Positions 40,615 to 52,552 of a stretch of DNA of 64,000 nucleotides are shown piece by piece. Position 1 is the first letter of the stretch. Each line of letters starts with the position of its first letter. Position numbers and translations under genes: made by a program. The stretch comes from Tubiluchus corallicola. Taxonomy: Eukaryota; Animalia; Priapulida. Where the stretch lies: NCBI GenBank assembly GCA_030141605.1, contig JAQGDQ010000570.1:1-64000 (forward strand), in the 5' to 3' direction. The notes below the pieces were generated by a model. That model was not told the DNA's origin. It did not search any database and saw only the letters and a program-made list of their open reading frames with translations.

Positions 40615-41317
40615 CATGGCCAAACTAGGCCTGATTTCTCATACTAGCAGTGCACTTCTTCTAATCTGTATAAGTTTGATTTATTAATTTCTGGTTTAAA
40701 TACTTTTTAGGAATATGCAGTGTATTACTTTTCAAAGCTCTTAATTTGGCCTGTAGCTGTTAATTAGACCTATCGATTACGTATAATTAGGTCTAAAGTG
40801 AAGTCCAAACGGTGTGTTCACTGTTTTCAAATCACAGAATGATTTTGAATAGCTTTTTCAGGAATTTAAGGAATGAATCAATCTTTACTTAACATTGCGC
40901 ATTTCACAACAAATTAAGTTTTCCCCAAAATTGGAGCATCGAAAGTTTCTCAAGACAACGAATTCAATTTTTCGACTTCCGTGGAAAATACCTAGAAAAC
41001 GTTTATTCGCTATAATTATTGTTTCGTCTTATTAAATTTTCAGGAAATCTGCTCGCTGGCTGCATGTAATATGATCAATCAGCGCTTCATTCAGGAAGTT
41101 TCAAGATTTCCGAGAAGGGATGAAATAAAGCAGTTAAGAGTTCTCCCTAATGTTTTGAGCTACGTAAACATTTCAAGAGAAATTGACCAAGCGGTCACAT
41201 GTACTTGGCGACCAAAGTTAGGCCTCGTCGAGGACTGTCAGCCAAAAACTCGTAACTACCTGGGCTCAAAAGCTGGCCGTTTAGTGAGCTTATTTTTGAG
41301 GGTTATGCGTGGGACTC

Positions 41318-41687
41318 GGGGCCGGATTATGACCTTTTGGCAGCCCGTAGGTTAATGAAATTTTGGGTCCGAAAGATGGAGCCACCCTCTAATCGGCTCG
41401 CACCAGTCTGGAATATATTTTGTTTTAGCAATATTTGCATAACTGGGACCCCGTATTTCAAATAAAGGGCTTCAATTGAGGTCCTTTATCTCAAATAAAG
41501 GGCCCGAAATGAGGGCCCTTTGTCTCATATAAGTGGCCTCCAACAGGTATCTTTTACTTCAAATAAGGAATTACTTTAAAATTGGATTTTCAGACTTCCT
41601 GGCCTCCTTTTTAAAAGTCAGTAATGCTCCACCCAACTTTGCGAGCCGTAGGCTGCAGCCTTACTGGTCCATAGAGTTTCCAGCCCC
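41318..41687. mobile_element. hAT-like MITE (degenerate GGGGCCGGA…TCCAGCCCC ends)
   Basis: Short imperfect TIRs, repeated subterminal gccgtagg and tcaaataaagggc motifs; no TSD verified. Confidence 0.45.
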
Positions 41688-43424
41688 AATGAGTCCGTGC
41701 ATTGGGATATGTGTGAAAGCTTAACAAAGTGTTTAGTGACAAGGTAACATATACCCATTGAAAATCTCGTCTCAATCTTGAACCTAACAGGATCGCATGC
41801 TGCAGCATTATCGGTTGTAAAAGTTGATCAGACACTGATGTAGTCACACAAATTTACTTCGATGTTTGTGTGAGTATTTTCGTAACTCGAAGCTGCAATT
41901 TTCCCATTTTCCACATTGACATAATTTTCTGAATCAAGCGACGCATTGATGCCACCGTGTGTAACGTTGTCGGCGCGAGGCAGTTTTCTTTCAACTTTTT
42001 TTTTACATTATTATTTTGCATTTTTCGTGTTCACTACATTATATAGAATGAACCAGAGAAACCAGCCTGCTCTTTATTATTGATTTCGCAGTCATTCTTC
42101 AAAGGCTCGTTTCATCTCTCCTCTTCTATAATAATTGTGGCATTCTTGTTAAATGGAGCACGAGCTTTAACCTTTGCGTAAACAAGAGGAACTGCTAAAT
42201 GTCAATGAAGATGAAGAATAGAGAAATAATGACAATGATAATTGTAGCAGCAGTCGACCATTTAGCGGTCGACAGTCACATGGAAAGGTTACCGCTCTTG
42301 GCGATTCAGTAAATTGTGTCGCCTTCTGCTATACGGAATAAAAATTTGTACGATAAAATCAAGGAAGAAACGACTTTTGTTTGAATATCGCAATACCTTA
42401 GTATGTCATATTACGTTAGCCATACTTGTTTAGCTTTCATTATTCCTTCTGTCTTTGTAGTGCGAGTGTCACAGGAATTCGCTGATACACATAGGTAGAA
42501 AGGTAGATTGCATTGAAACTTGGGTGTAGGTGTAAGAACACATGGAATAATTAATAAGGGCTCATTGATCTCCTGCTTGTGGTCTTTGAGCTTTGCGTAA
42601 AGGCCTAGCTATTATTGATCGTATTATAGGTGCTGATTTGTAGCGCGATTCTTGCCTATGTATGCATGTACATGAGTATTTTTGGCTCATGTATTACTGA
42701 TGCGACTCTAACGCATGAATAACACTTTTCTTTTAAAATGAACATATCCATACATTTTTTGCATAAATTTTAAACTTGGACTGGACGTTTGCTACAGTAT
42801 GTTTTTGTGATAGTATTGTGGTTCTAAATAACAAGTGTGATTCAAAAAGTGTGATTTGCAGACCGCCATGCACATGTGAGCTGCCAGTTAGGCCATTTGT
42901 CAAAGGTCATTGTTTCGTTTGGTGTTGTACACAGATAAAGTACTGAAAACAAGCTTTCATGGTTACGCAACGTTAATATTGGTGCAAGAATAGTCTTATG
43001 TTACAGCAGAATACTTTACAAACTTCACAATGTCTAGCGTCTACTATTTTCATGACAATCGAATGGAACTAACTATGGCCGATCTCAACGACCTAACACC
43101 ATGTGAACGCAAAGCTATGACTACGACTTAAATTCCTATAGTCCTTAAGACAAAGAAATTATTATCTAAAACCGTACTTCTGTAACGACATAGTTTAAGC
43201 AGCATGCTACCGAAAAACTAGGGAACTTCATTCTACTGTTCATAATGTTATAATTATGATGAGAATAATAAAAACTGTATTATAAAATTTGGTTTTTGGA
43301 TAAATACCACTAGACATACATTTGCTTTTCTTGATTCATTGATGGAACATTTTTTAGTTGTTCTGTTTTACAGCAGGCCTAGTTGGCAGTTTTACTCTAC
43401 CATACAACCACCTAAAATTGTTGA

Positions 43425-43441
43425 TTTCTTTCTCGTTTCAG
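43425..43441 (+). promoter_or_regulatory. 3' splice acceptor 28 nt upstream of the Epac ATG; a second NAGNAG acceptor lies at ~43374/43377
   Basis: tttctttctcgtttcAG ends at 43441 and gttctgttttacAGcAG ends at 43377; this implies non-coding upstream exon(s) or trans-splicing. Confidence 0.65.
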
Positions 43442-43469
43442 GCCAGTCTCACAAGTTCATCATTGGTGA

Positions 43470-46400
43470 ATGTCCAGAAGAGAAGATATGATACCAGACT
43501 GGATTCAGTGTCTGGACAAGAGACCATCCGATCGGACTAGTGAAGACCTTGAAATTATCTACACGCGTCTTAAACATGTCAAAGCATTTGAAAATTTGCA
43601 CCCCATGCTCCTGCAGCAGATCTGTTATTATGGTTATTACGAAGACTTAGAGAAAGGTGTCGTCCTTTATCGCCAAGGTGATACAGGAACTAACTGGTAC
43701 GCTGTGTTGGCAGGAACATTAGATGTTAAAGTATCTGACACAGGAAAAAGTGAAGATGCAGTGACCGTGTGCACATTTGGCATCGGTATTGCATTTGGTG
43801 AATCAGTATTAGATAACAGTCCCCGTCATGCCACAGTGGTAACTAGTGATTACTGCGAATTGCTAAGAATAGAAGAAAAGGACTTCAAAGTTCTTTGGGA
43901 GCACAACAAGGAGTTTATGGAGAGTGTGGTTACATCTTTGAGTGGACCACTGGCTGAACATCTTGGAATTGACAAGCTCAATTTGGACAAAATGTCCTCA
44001 CAAAAGACAGTTCAGTCTGTTAATCCAGCTCTACCAATTACGCGTGAGCCTTCAGAGAGGTTAGCTCTTGCTGGGAGAGTGTTTCGGACAGTATTACTTA
44101 GTCGTGCGCCAACAATGATTCGAGATCGCAAATTCCACCTGAGAACGTACCGACGTTGCATGGTTGGCTCAGAAATGGTCGACTGGTTGCTTCAGCAAAG
44201 CACTGTAGTTCATTCTCGAAGCCAAGCTGTTGGCATGTGGCAAGCATTGTTAGAGGAAGGTGTCATCTCACACGTTACACATGAACATCAGTTCAAGGAC
44301 AAGTACCTTTTCTATCGTTTTCGAGAGGACGATCTTGGCATTAGCTCGATTCCTACAAGTAGTGACAAAAAGGAATGCGAGGATGAGCTTCCAGATGTAC
44401 TTAATATGCTTTCGCAGATAGGTCCTGATGCCATGCTGAGAATGATATTGCGCAAGCAACCACACGAAAGAACACCAGAAGATCTTGAGATCATATATGA
44501 TGAACTTCTACATATCAAGGCCCTTTCTCATCTTTCAACAATGGTTAAACGAGAACTTGCTAGTGTTTTAATATTTGAGTCACACGCACAAGCAGGAACT
44601 GTGCTGTTCAGTCAAGGAGATGAGGGCAAGTCATGGTACATCATATTGAAAGGGTCTGTCAATGTTGTTATATATGGCAAAGGAGTTGTATGCACGCTTC
44701 ATGAAGGCGATGACTTTGGCAAGTTAGCATTAGTCAATGATGCACCCCGAGCAGCTTCCATTGTCTTGAGAGAAGAAAACTGTCACTTTCTAAGAGTCGA
44801 CAAAGATGATTTTAACAGAATTTTAAGAGATGTTGAAGCCAACACAGTTCGTTTAAAAGAACACGGTGCAGACGTTTTGGTTCTGGAAAAAATACCCACA
44901 TCCATTCCGACCCAAGAAGGAGGCGTACAGCCTCACTTCAAATATTCGGTGATGGCTGGAACCCCAGAAAAAATGCTAGAACATTTGCTTGAAACCCGTC
45001 TCAATGCAGCATCAGATGATCCTTCCGATACATTTCTTGAGGATTTTATTGTTACGCATATGATTTTCATGCCCAGTAATATGTTGTGTCCGGCACTGAT
45101 GCAACATTACCACACTGCCAACCATCACGATAATGAGGCTGCCGAAGCAGAAGATCCAGTGGATCTCATTTTGGCCAATAAAAAGAGAGTCATTCAGTTT
45201 GTGCAACACTGGCGATTAATCACGAGCAACGCATTTAAGGAAGACCCAACAATAAGGGCATTTCTAGAGGAACTTTATAATTCTGTACTTGTCGATTGCC
45301 AGTCACTGACTTCGCTGAGAGAAGAGTTGACAGTTTTGAATGCTATTATTACCGAGACTAATGATAAAGCACAAGAAGACAAAAGCAGCAGAAGGTCTAG
45401 GGGTATGCCTGGAACGTCGATTAAAAAGACGAAGGACTCTGACAAGAATGGGAGACATCAACCGTATAAAGCGGGAGATTACAATATCTTCAAGGTTTAT
45501 TGTGCTGATCACACGTACAGCACATTGAAAATGAGAGTTGATGCTACAGCAGGGCAAATTGTGCAAGTAGCCAGAGAAAAACTGTGTCTTGGGGAAGATC
45601 TACAGCTTGTAGAAGTCAGGTCCACCGGTGAGCGTGTTGTCTTCAGAGAAGACGAAGTCAGTGTTACCACAGGTTTGAGTGTGAATGGACGTCTGTTTAT
45701 CGCTCCTAGAGAACATTTAGATTCACTTACTCCTCTTCCTGAGCAAGAGGGGCCGAGCACGAGTACATGTTCACACTTAGAACTAATGTCTTCGAAAGAC
45801 ATTGCCTTCCAGTTGGCCATATATGATTGGGAATTGTTTACAACCGTTCATGACTTTGAGTTGATATATCACGTGTTTGGTCGAGATAAGTTTGGCAAAA
45901 TTATGTCTAATCTTGATGTGTTTTTGCGACGTTTCAATGAAGTCCAGTTTTGGGTGGTTACAGAATTAACGCTTTGTCCCACTGTGGGAAAACGAGTGCA
46001 GTTGTTAAGAAAGTTTGTGAAAGTTGCATCTCACTGCAAAGAGTACCAAGATCTGAACTCATTTTTCGCCATTGTTATGGGCCTCAGCAACATTGCCGTC
46101 AGCAGATTGTCTCAGAGTTGGGAAAAGCTTCCCGGAAAGTTCAAAAAGATGTTTGCAGAATTCGAAGCCTTAATGGATCCTTCTCGAAACCACAGAGTTT
46201 ATCGTTTGGCAGTCGCGAAAATGTCACCTCCCATAGTGCCCTTTATGCCCCTTTTAATGAAGGACATGACGTTTACCCACGAAGGCAATAAAACGTATTT
46301 CGACGGTTTAGTGAATTTTGAAAAGATGCACATGATTGCACAAACGATACGGACTATAAAGTACTGTCGCAGTAAACCATTCCGTATAGAACAGCCTGCT

Positions 46401-46511
46401 TCAACCAAGAACACAGCTGAAGTGAAGTCATACGTGAGAAGTTTGAAAGTGATAGATAACCAAAGAAGGCTCACGCAGCTGTCGCACAAACTTGAACCCA
46501 GACGATCTTGA
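43470..46511 (+). CDS. RAPGEF4: Epac2/RAPGEF4-like cAMP-regulated Rap guanine nucleotide exchange factor, 1013 aa, single coding exon
   Basis: Uninterrupted ORF with the Epac2A domain order: N-terminal [13 protein letters not shown] ([14 protein letters not shown]), DEP ([26 protein letters not shown]), CNB-B with the Epac signature [15 protein letters not shown] and VLVLE lid, REM ([15 protein letters not shown]), RA region, CDC25 GEF domain ([38 protein letters not shown]) and C-terminal LSHKLEPR. An in-frame TGA (43467-43469) directly precedes the ATG. Confidence 0.96.
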   Translation: MSRREDMIPDWIQCLDKRPSDRTSEDLEIIYTRLKHVKAFENLHPMLLQQICYYGYYEDLEKGVVLYRQGDTGTNWYAVLAGTLDVKVSDTGKSEDAVTVCTFGIGIAFGESVLDNSPRHATVVTSDYCELLRIEEKDFKVLWEHNKEFMESVVTSLSGPLAEHLGIDKLNLDKMSSQKTVQSVNPALPITREPSERLALAGRVFRTVLLSRAPTMIRDRKFHLRTYRRCMVGSEMVDWLLQQSTVVHSRSQAVGMWQALLEEGVISHVTHEHQFKDKYLFYRFREDDLGISSIPTSSDKKECEDELPDVLNMLSQIGPDAMLRMILRKQPHERTPEDLEIIYDELLHIKALSHLSTMVKRELASVLIFESHAQAGTVLFSQGDEGKSWYIILKGSVNVVIYGKGVVCTLHEGDDFGKLALVNDAPRAASIVLREENCHFLRVDKDDFNRILRDVEANTVRLKEHGADVLVLEKIPTSIPTQEGGVQPHFKYSVMAGTPEKMLEHLLETRLNAASDDPSDTFLEDFIVTHMIFMPSNMLCPALMQHYHTANHHDNEAAEAEDPVDLILANKKRVIQFVQHWRLITSNAFKEDPTIRAFLEELYNSVLVDCQSLTSLREELTVLNAIITETNDKAQEDKSSRRSRGMPGTSIKKTKDSDKNGRHQPYKAGDYNIFKVYCADHTYSTLKMRVDATAGQIVQVAREKLCLGEDLQLVEVRSTGERVVFREDEVSVTTGLSVNGRLFIAPREHLDSLTPLPEQEGPSTSTCSHLELMSSKDIAFQLAIYDWELFTTVHDFELIYHVFGRDKFGKIMSNLDVFLRRFNEVQFWVVTELTLCPTVGKRVQLLRKFVKVASHCKEYQDLNSFFAIVMGLSNIAVSRLSQSWEKLPGKFKKMFAEFEALMDPSRNHRVYRLAVAKMSPPIVPFMPLLMKDMTFTHEGNKTYFDGLVNFEKMHMIAQTIRTIKYCRSKPFRIEQPASTKNTAEVKSYVRSLKVIDNQRRLTQLSHKLEPRRS

Positions 46512-46927
46512 ATCACAGGATTCATAAGTAGATGAAGACTAAACCAGCCAGCCACTAGTGTTGTATATTCAAAAGTACTTATTGAAAATTAATAAGTTAA
46601 CTGTCTACAACTATTGCATATATGTTTCATACACTTGCCAGTTAGTTAGGCATAAACACACCTGAAAGTTCATTATATAAGCTACTGTTGATTTTGCCCT
46701 ACTATTTGAATGTTCGTGCTGCAAATGTTGAGTTGTTGTTTGTAGTATAGAAAGGTGTCTATTGTGTTAATTAATGTTAATTATTATTATTATATTAAAA
46801 AGTTAATTGTTTTCGAGAATTAGGCTTGTAAGCAAAGTTATGTAGGCTAGGTTTTATTGTTTTCTTCGGTACGGTTGCTGTATTAAGAAATTCAGAAATT
46901 TAATGATATACTCTTTGCTGAAGTATA

Positions 46928-46946
46928 AATAAATTGTTTTTTTTTG
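46928..46946 (+). terminator. Candidate Epac polyadenylation signal
   Basis: AATAAA at 46928-46933 followed by a T-rich element, ~420 nt after the stop codon. Confidence 0.45.
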
Positions 46947-47282
46947 TATAATCAGTGATACCTTGTCCCAGAAGCTATTCCTGTTCTATATTGTTGTATC
47001 AATTTGTGACACAGTCTTCTTTGTCGTCAGCCTACAATAGCTCAAGTAAAAAGTAAAAAAATTATTTATCGTCTATTTTGTATTGTATATATATACAAAA
47101 AATAGGTGTTTATTATGAGTCTTTACTGTTCTGCATTTTTTTTGTGCATCCATTAAGTGTTTTAAGTGTTTTCTTTCTTGCTGTAAGTCGGGTCTATTTG
47201 TAAAGACACTGTTTTAAGAGTGTAAAATTAGTGCAGCATCATACACAGAGAAATTCTTACATGTCCCCATGCATACTCTCGT

Positions 47283-47649
47283 TAGGGGTGAGCATTCTCT
47301 ACCAGAAAGCGAATTCGAACCGAATTCGAATTGAGATTGAAAGATTTTCGAACTAGTTTTCGAACCACCAGTAAAAATTAGTCTTACAAAAATCATGCAT
47401 GTCACTAGATTTTGTTCTACAATAAAATGACTAGTAATTGGTATAAAATTGTGCACAGAAATCACAGCTAAATCACGCTAATTGCATGATGTTTCAATCG
47501 TTTTAGTGACAAAGAACATTGATTGAAGTACTGAATTATTCGAATCTATAGTTTTGGATTCGAATCGAGTTCGAACTAAAAAAACTCGTTCGAATCGAAT
47601 TCGAGCGTTCGAATTCGATTCGAACTCGAACGTTCGATGCTCACCCCTA
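47283..47649 (+). mobile_element. hAT MITE between Epac and RNASEH2B, 13-bp TIRs, 8-bp TSD
   Basis: TAGGGGTGAGCAT … ATGCTCACCCCTA; flanks ACTCTCGT / ACTATCGT (7 of 8 match). Confidence 0.88.
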
Positions 47650-48557
47650 ACTATCGTACTATGAAACAAATAATCTCACAACCAATAATCTTCTGGAGTT
47701 TTGTTGTAGACTAATTTTGGGAAACGATCAGTACATTTACTCATGAAATAAAAAAAAGATGGGAACTAAGAAATTGTATCTTTTGTTTTCCAACAAACAA
47801 TGCCAGGTTATTTGCTTTACATTTGCTGCCCGTAGTGGTTCATTATTGTACAATGTCGTTGAACTAACTTATAATATAAACTGTCACATTGGTTGGCAGT
47901 TACTTTTATAAAACCGCAGTGAATTCAGTAACTTCTTTTTTGCCATTTTAATAAAAAATTGCCTTAGCTTGATTAGAGACATATTCATCAGTTCAAATTA
48001 CAGACACAACAAAACAATAATATTTATTATCATTATTTAAAAACTTGGTACACTGAGTTTATAACCATAATCACTGTGTGCTAAATGCTGCCTAATGCAT
48101 ATTGTGCGTAACTGCGTATAGTGTACTCATTGTTTCAGAATGCGTAGTTCCAGCCACATTGCGCGTTACGGTTGCTATGAGCATGTAAATAAAACTTTAT
48201 TGAATAGACAAACCTGAATTTTTCCATTTTCGTTCAACATTGAGTTGCGCGCTGTTTCGCGCGCTTGTAACATGATTTTGTAAACTTTCTTCATTAAAAT
48301 TGTTGGTTAAATGGTCTTTTAATCTGTAACCTTAATTTTTTTATTTGCAAGTTGTAAACTAGCGACATAGGCACAATTTGTGTGGAGTAGATTGGAATTG
48401 CTTTGCATATTCCTGAAAATGACTAGCTGATCCCAGACGTGATATTATTGTGATTGCCGATTGACTCCTTTTTGGCTATCTACCTTGGGATAAATGGGAC
48501 AGGCCTTGAAACTGAACCTGATGTAAAAAATGAAGTGGAGCTCTTGAACCTGGCGTC

Positions 48558-48609
48558 ATGGAGACTGCGTCTGAAGAAGGGGGAACGCAGCATGTTCTAA
48601 TTCTGAAAA
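48558..48609 (+). CDS. RNASEH2B: RNase H2 subunit B, coding exon 1 (METASEEGGTQHVLILK, phase-1 donor)
   Basis: QHVLIL resembles the QHVFLV N-terminal strand of the human protein. GTATAA donor at 48610; phase is compatible with exon 2. Confidence 0.75.
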
Positions 48610-49244
48610 GTATAAAACGCTTATCTTTTGCTCTTTTAGTCTAATATCAGCTAATTTTACTGAAGTTACAGCGGTGCAAAATATCAGTAGGTATTTAAAT
48701 TCATGTTTTATCTGGTTTAGTGCAGTTGTAAAGTTTAATAAGGTAGCAGGTTACTCAGTGCGTATATGCTTATAACGTGTTAATACAATTCATACGCAGT
48801 AATAATAAGTGCATAATAAAAAAAATCAAACAAGAACTGAAAATAAAAATCTGACAACGGAAACATAAGAACAATGGCAACTGAAATACATTTCATATCA
48901 CAAGCATAATTCTTAGACAGTCACAAATAAATTATCATGTAAATAACAGAACTTAGAATCGGGTTTATCTATATATTGGTATATTGAAGTATATTAAATT
49001 TGGCACTAATTTTCATGCACAGGCACACAGAAATTATAATTTACATAGCAAAAAGCATATCATGCGGGGAAAAAGCACAACCGGAATAAAAAATTACATT
49101 GAAAATAGAAAATGTCAATACTACTGCTGTACAAGTAATGTTTAAACTTGTCTTATCAGTTATTCTATGTGTCAAAAATATTACTTGTAAAAGATTTCAC
49201 TGATGAAACTTGTCATTTGAAATTTGTAATGACTGTATGAAACC

Positions 49245-49590
49245 AGGGCTGTGGAGTTGGTGCATTAAACTCCTGTCTCCGACTCCTAGAATTTTAGAAG
49301 ATCCAACTCCGACTCCTAAAATTTTTGGAGCCCCTACTCACGACTCCTACCTGTAAGTAACAGTTTGTAGTACTCTCCATATTTAGCTACAGTGGCATTT
49401 CATCACTATTTCTTATGCTCGGAAAACAAGCTGCATAGACAGCAATACAAAAGCGTCCCGAAATGGGACATTATGCATGAATGCGCATAAAACTTAAAAG
49501 TACCTCGAGTTTTAGTTTGCCTGTTTTTTACCGACACTGACACCGACTCCTTTAACAATAAGTGTACTCCAGAGTTCCGACTCCAATACC
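49245..49590 (+). mobile_element. hAT-like MITE (CAGGGCTGTGGAGT… with ctccgactcc subterminal repeats) in RNASEH2B intron 1
   Basis: CAGGG terminus and repeated ccgactcc motifs; right end degenerate. Confidence 0.5.
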
Positions 49591-49793
49591 CAAAGTTTTA
49601 AGAATGATTATTTGCTGCAGGAGGTTTTAAAATTGAAATTCATTACTGACAACGGCAAAAACTGTAACAAAAGAAAGAAATGAATAACGAAAAAGCAATA
49701 AGGTGATGAGGATGGACAAAAAATGGGCGATGAAGAATGTGAAGTGAATGCAAATGACGACTGTGATTGATTCTAAAACTGCCTCTTTTGTAG

Positions 49794-49874
49794 ATTCGAC
49801 TTGTCTGACATTTGACGAGAATGGCTGCGAGACATTTGATGCACAGTTTATTTCGCTTAGGAACCCTAAAACAG
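49794..49874 (+). CDS. RNASEH2B: RNase H2 subunit B, exon 2 (…STCLTFDENGCETFDAQFISLRNPKT)
   Basis: ttttgtag acceptor, gtatta donor; FISLRNPKTG matches the conserved F-x-x-L-x-N-P-x-x-G motif; 81 nt, phase 1-1. Confidence 0.88.
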
Positions 49875-51687
49875 GTATTATTTTTTAATCTTGTTGATAT
49901 TTTTTGTGAAGTCTAAAAACGTAATGCTTCTAAAGTCTAGTGCTAGCCAAACTCTGCAAAGAAGTTTTGCGCATAAACCCACAATTGTAAACCATACCAC
50001 ATCCATTACACCACCATTTACTCCACACCACTCATACCATGCCACACCACGCTACTCATACCATGCCATGTCACACTACACCCGCTACACCACCCCCACC
50101 GTAACACCCACGCCAAGCACTAGAAACGTAATGGAAGCTAGAAACTAATAATGCTCAGTGAATAAATTTCTTCGAACTATGTAGTAACTCAGTATTATGT
50201 ACTTAGTACCTATTGATTATTTGGAATTTAACTTCTAACGTACATGTGCTCGCAAACCAAAACCGTCCGTAAGTCGGCATAGTTAAAACGATGTTATGAT
50301 GCTTCAGAGTAGAATGCACGAAAATTTTGGTCCAATGTGAATTTTTATAAAAATAAATGCTAAATATATTGGATTTTTATATTCTAACATTAAATTATCA
50401 AGAAAATGTTAAAAAAATATTAAAATCTAATTTTATAATACCGTGTCCATTTCTCTTCTTAGAAACTAGTGCTGCAGTTGTAAAAAACTTGCATTTTCAA
50501 ACTCCGATGGTAGCTCCTGGAAGCTACTATCACTAGTCATTTTGCTTTGGGTTTTTTCTGTTGACAAGCCCAAATCTTCGTCAGGAAAAGCATAACTTCA
50601 ATTTGCTCTTGCAAAGTCCATAGCAACCACACTTTCGTACAGTTGTTAAGTGTTCTGTAGAGACGCGACAAAAAACAATGGCTGCCTTTAACAGTGATTT
50701 TCTCAAGATTACGTTTTTCAATGTGTAGCCTGCACCTCAACTTCAATGTGCATTATGATCTCAGTTTAGAAATAACATAGAGCAATGAACTTGGTATCAA
50801 AATGATTCTCATGAAATGGAGATTCAGGATATGTGAATAACTAGAAAAACTCAATTGCTGACTTATGGACGATTTTGCTAGCAAGCACACATATATCATG
50901 TGCTGCATAAAGTGGCCATCTTGCGTCTTGCTATTCATTTGCGTACTGTAGAAATTGGCTTCACAGCATTAAAGCAACTCGGGGTGAGGTAGACAATAAA
51001 AATGCTCGAGACTGTTTCTGTCTAGTCATCCAGATAGTTTTGCTTTTTATCACACACCTACCTGCCCAGGAATTTAGTAATAAATTGCATGTGCGTGTAT
51101 TTGCCTGGCGCAGTCATCGAAGATCGTATTTTTAAATTTAGAAACAAAACACAATAATTATTATAATGTCGTTGTGCCATGTTTTTATAGTGTCGTTGAG
51201 CGAGCTGCCATGTTTTTTTCAACTAACTCTCGCCATATTCGAACTTTCTGTTCAGCTAAAATACCTTGTTAAAGTCAAGATAAGTGGCATGTTCATTTGA
51301 AAACCTAAGTGCTATAGCTACGTTCTCGAGAATAGCACTCTTACTCAAAGTGTGTTAAGCCTGTTTTGTGTGGAATAATGATGTTTTTCTATGAAATTAC
51401 AAAATTAAGATGCATTTCACAGTAAGTTACATGTCACCTCATAAGGAATTCCAAAAAAAAATTATACTCAAAGTCTTTCAGCCGCTTTTGCTAACACTTT
51501 TAGTGACAGCAAACAAGGTTCTTGTGTCCGCACAATACTTACAGTCATTCGTACATGTCCAGATATGTCTATGGATATCCAAAGAACTTGGGTTCGAGTC
51601 GTAGCTTAGTGTCCAACTCAAAACTATTGTAGGCATTCTAATTTGGCATTGCTTTTAACATTTGTTATATTAAACAGCGGCTCTCTC

Positions 51688-51730
<43 letters not shown>

Positions 51731-51839
51731 GCGTGGACGTGCGCGCGCGTGTGTGTGAACAAAAGTTCATTTTGCACATAGCAAGCACAAAGTTGCAATA
51801 CTGCTAAACAGTTTTCCCACCCCTAATGTACAAGACACA

Positions 51840-51887
<48 letters not shown>

Positions 51888-52444
51888 CAATTTTGTGCTT
51901 GCTATGTGCAAAATTAACACATTTGTAACAAGTTAGTTTTCAAAATCACTAACCTGCCCACTGGGTGAGTTGGTGACCTTATAGCGTGGCCCGCTGCATC
52001 TGCGTGGAGTCAAACCTCCGTACCGACTACTTTGGGACTGCAAAAAACTTGCCATTATAGTGAGTTTGGTTCTATAATGAGCTGCGTTAATACTTCGTGC
52101 TTACACAGATAACTTGTTTTGCCGAAAATTTTAACGAAGTTGGAGAAATGGGAGCATGTGAACTTATCTTTACTTGCCAGATAACGCTTTGATAAATTAC
52201 AATACGGTTACCCGTAAGGCGTTGTAACTGTGTTCAATTTTTAGTTACAGTAACGTTTGAAGTTACCAATAGTCCTAGTTATTTATAAAGACAGTTGATT
52301 GGTTTTAATTGAGTCAGACCGTAGGTGTCCACTGGTAATTCAAGCTAATTACATTGTTGATACATAGTTTGGAGTTTTAAACTTTTTCCGGTCTTGCTTG
52401 TTTGTTTGCTGTTTGAATGTAAAAGTGTTTTTGTGTTTTTTCAG

Positions 52445-52552
52445 GGCAAGGTTCTCTTTACATATTTTCACACGATAAGAAGGCATTGTATGAAACTCTA
52501 AAATTCAACGAACCGTGCAGGTCTTGGTTTATAGGAGATTCTGTACAATCAG
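52445..52552 (+). CDS. RNASEH2B: RNase H2 subunit B, exon 3 (GQGSLYIFSHDKKALYETLKFNEPCRSWFIGDSVQS)
   Basis: tttttcag acceptor, gtaagc donor; contains the hallmark SWFI-x-x-SVQS motif; 108 nt, phase 1-1. Confidence 0.95.

Noticed and set aside
44268-46555. Short antisense and alternate-frame ORFs within Epac
   Set aside because: Shadow ORFs of a long coding exon, with no recognisable motifs.
48165-48185. RFX X-box (GTTGCTATGAGCAT) in the putative RNASEH2B promoter
   Set aside because: Only one good half-site; too weak to call without data.
49711-49770. Alternative RNASEH2B start at ATGs just upstream of exon 2
   Set aside because: These frames end at TGA/TAA before the acceptor at 49793; the 48558 exon fits both homology and phase.
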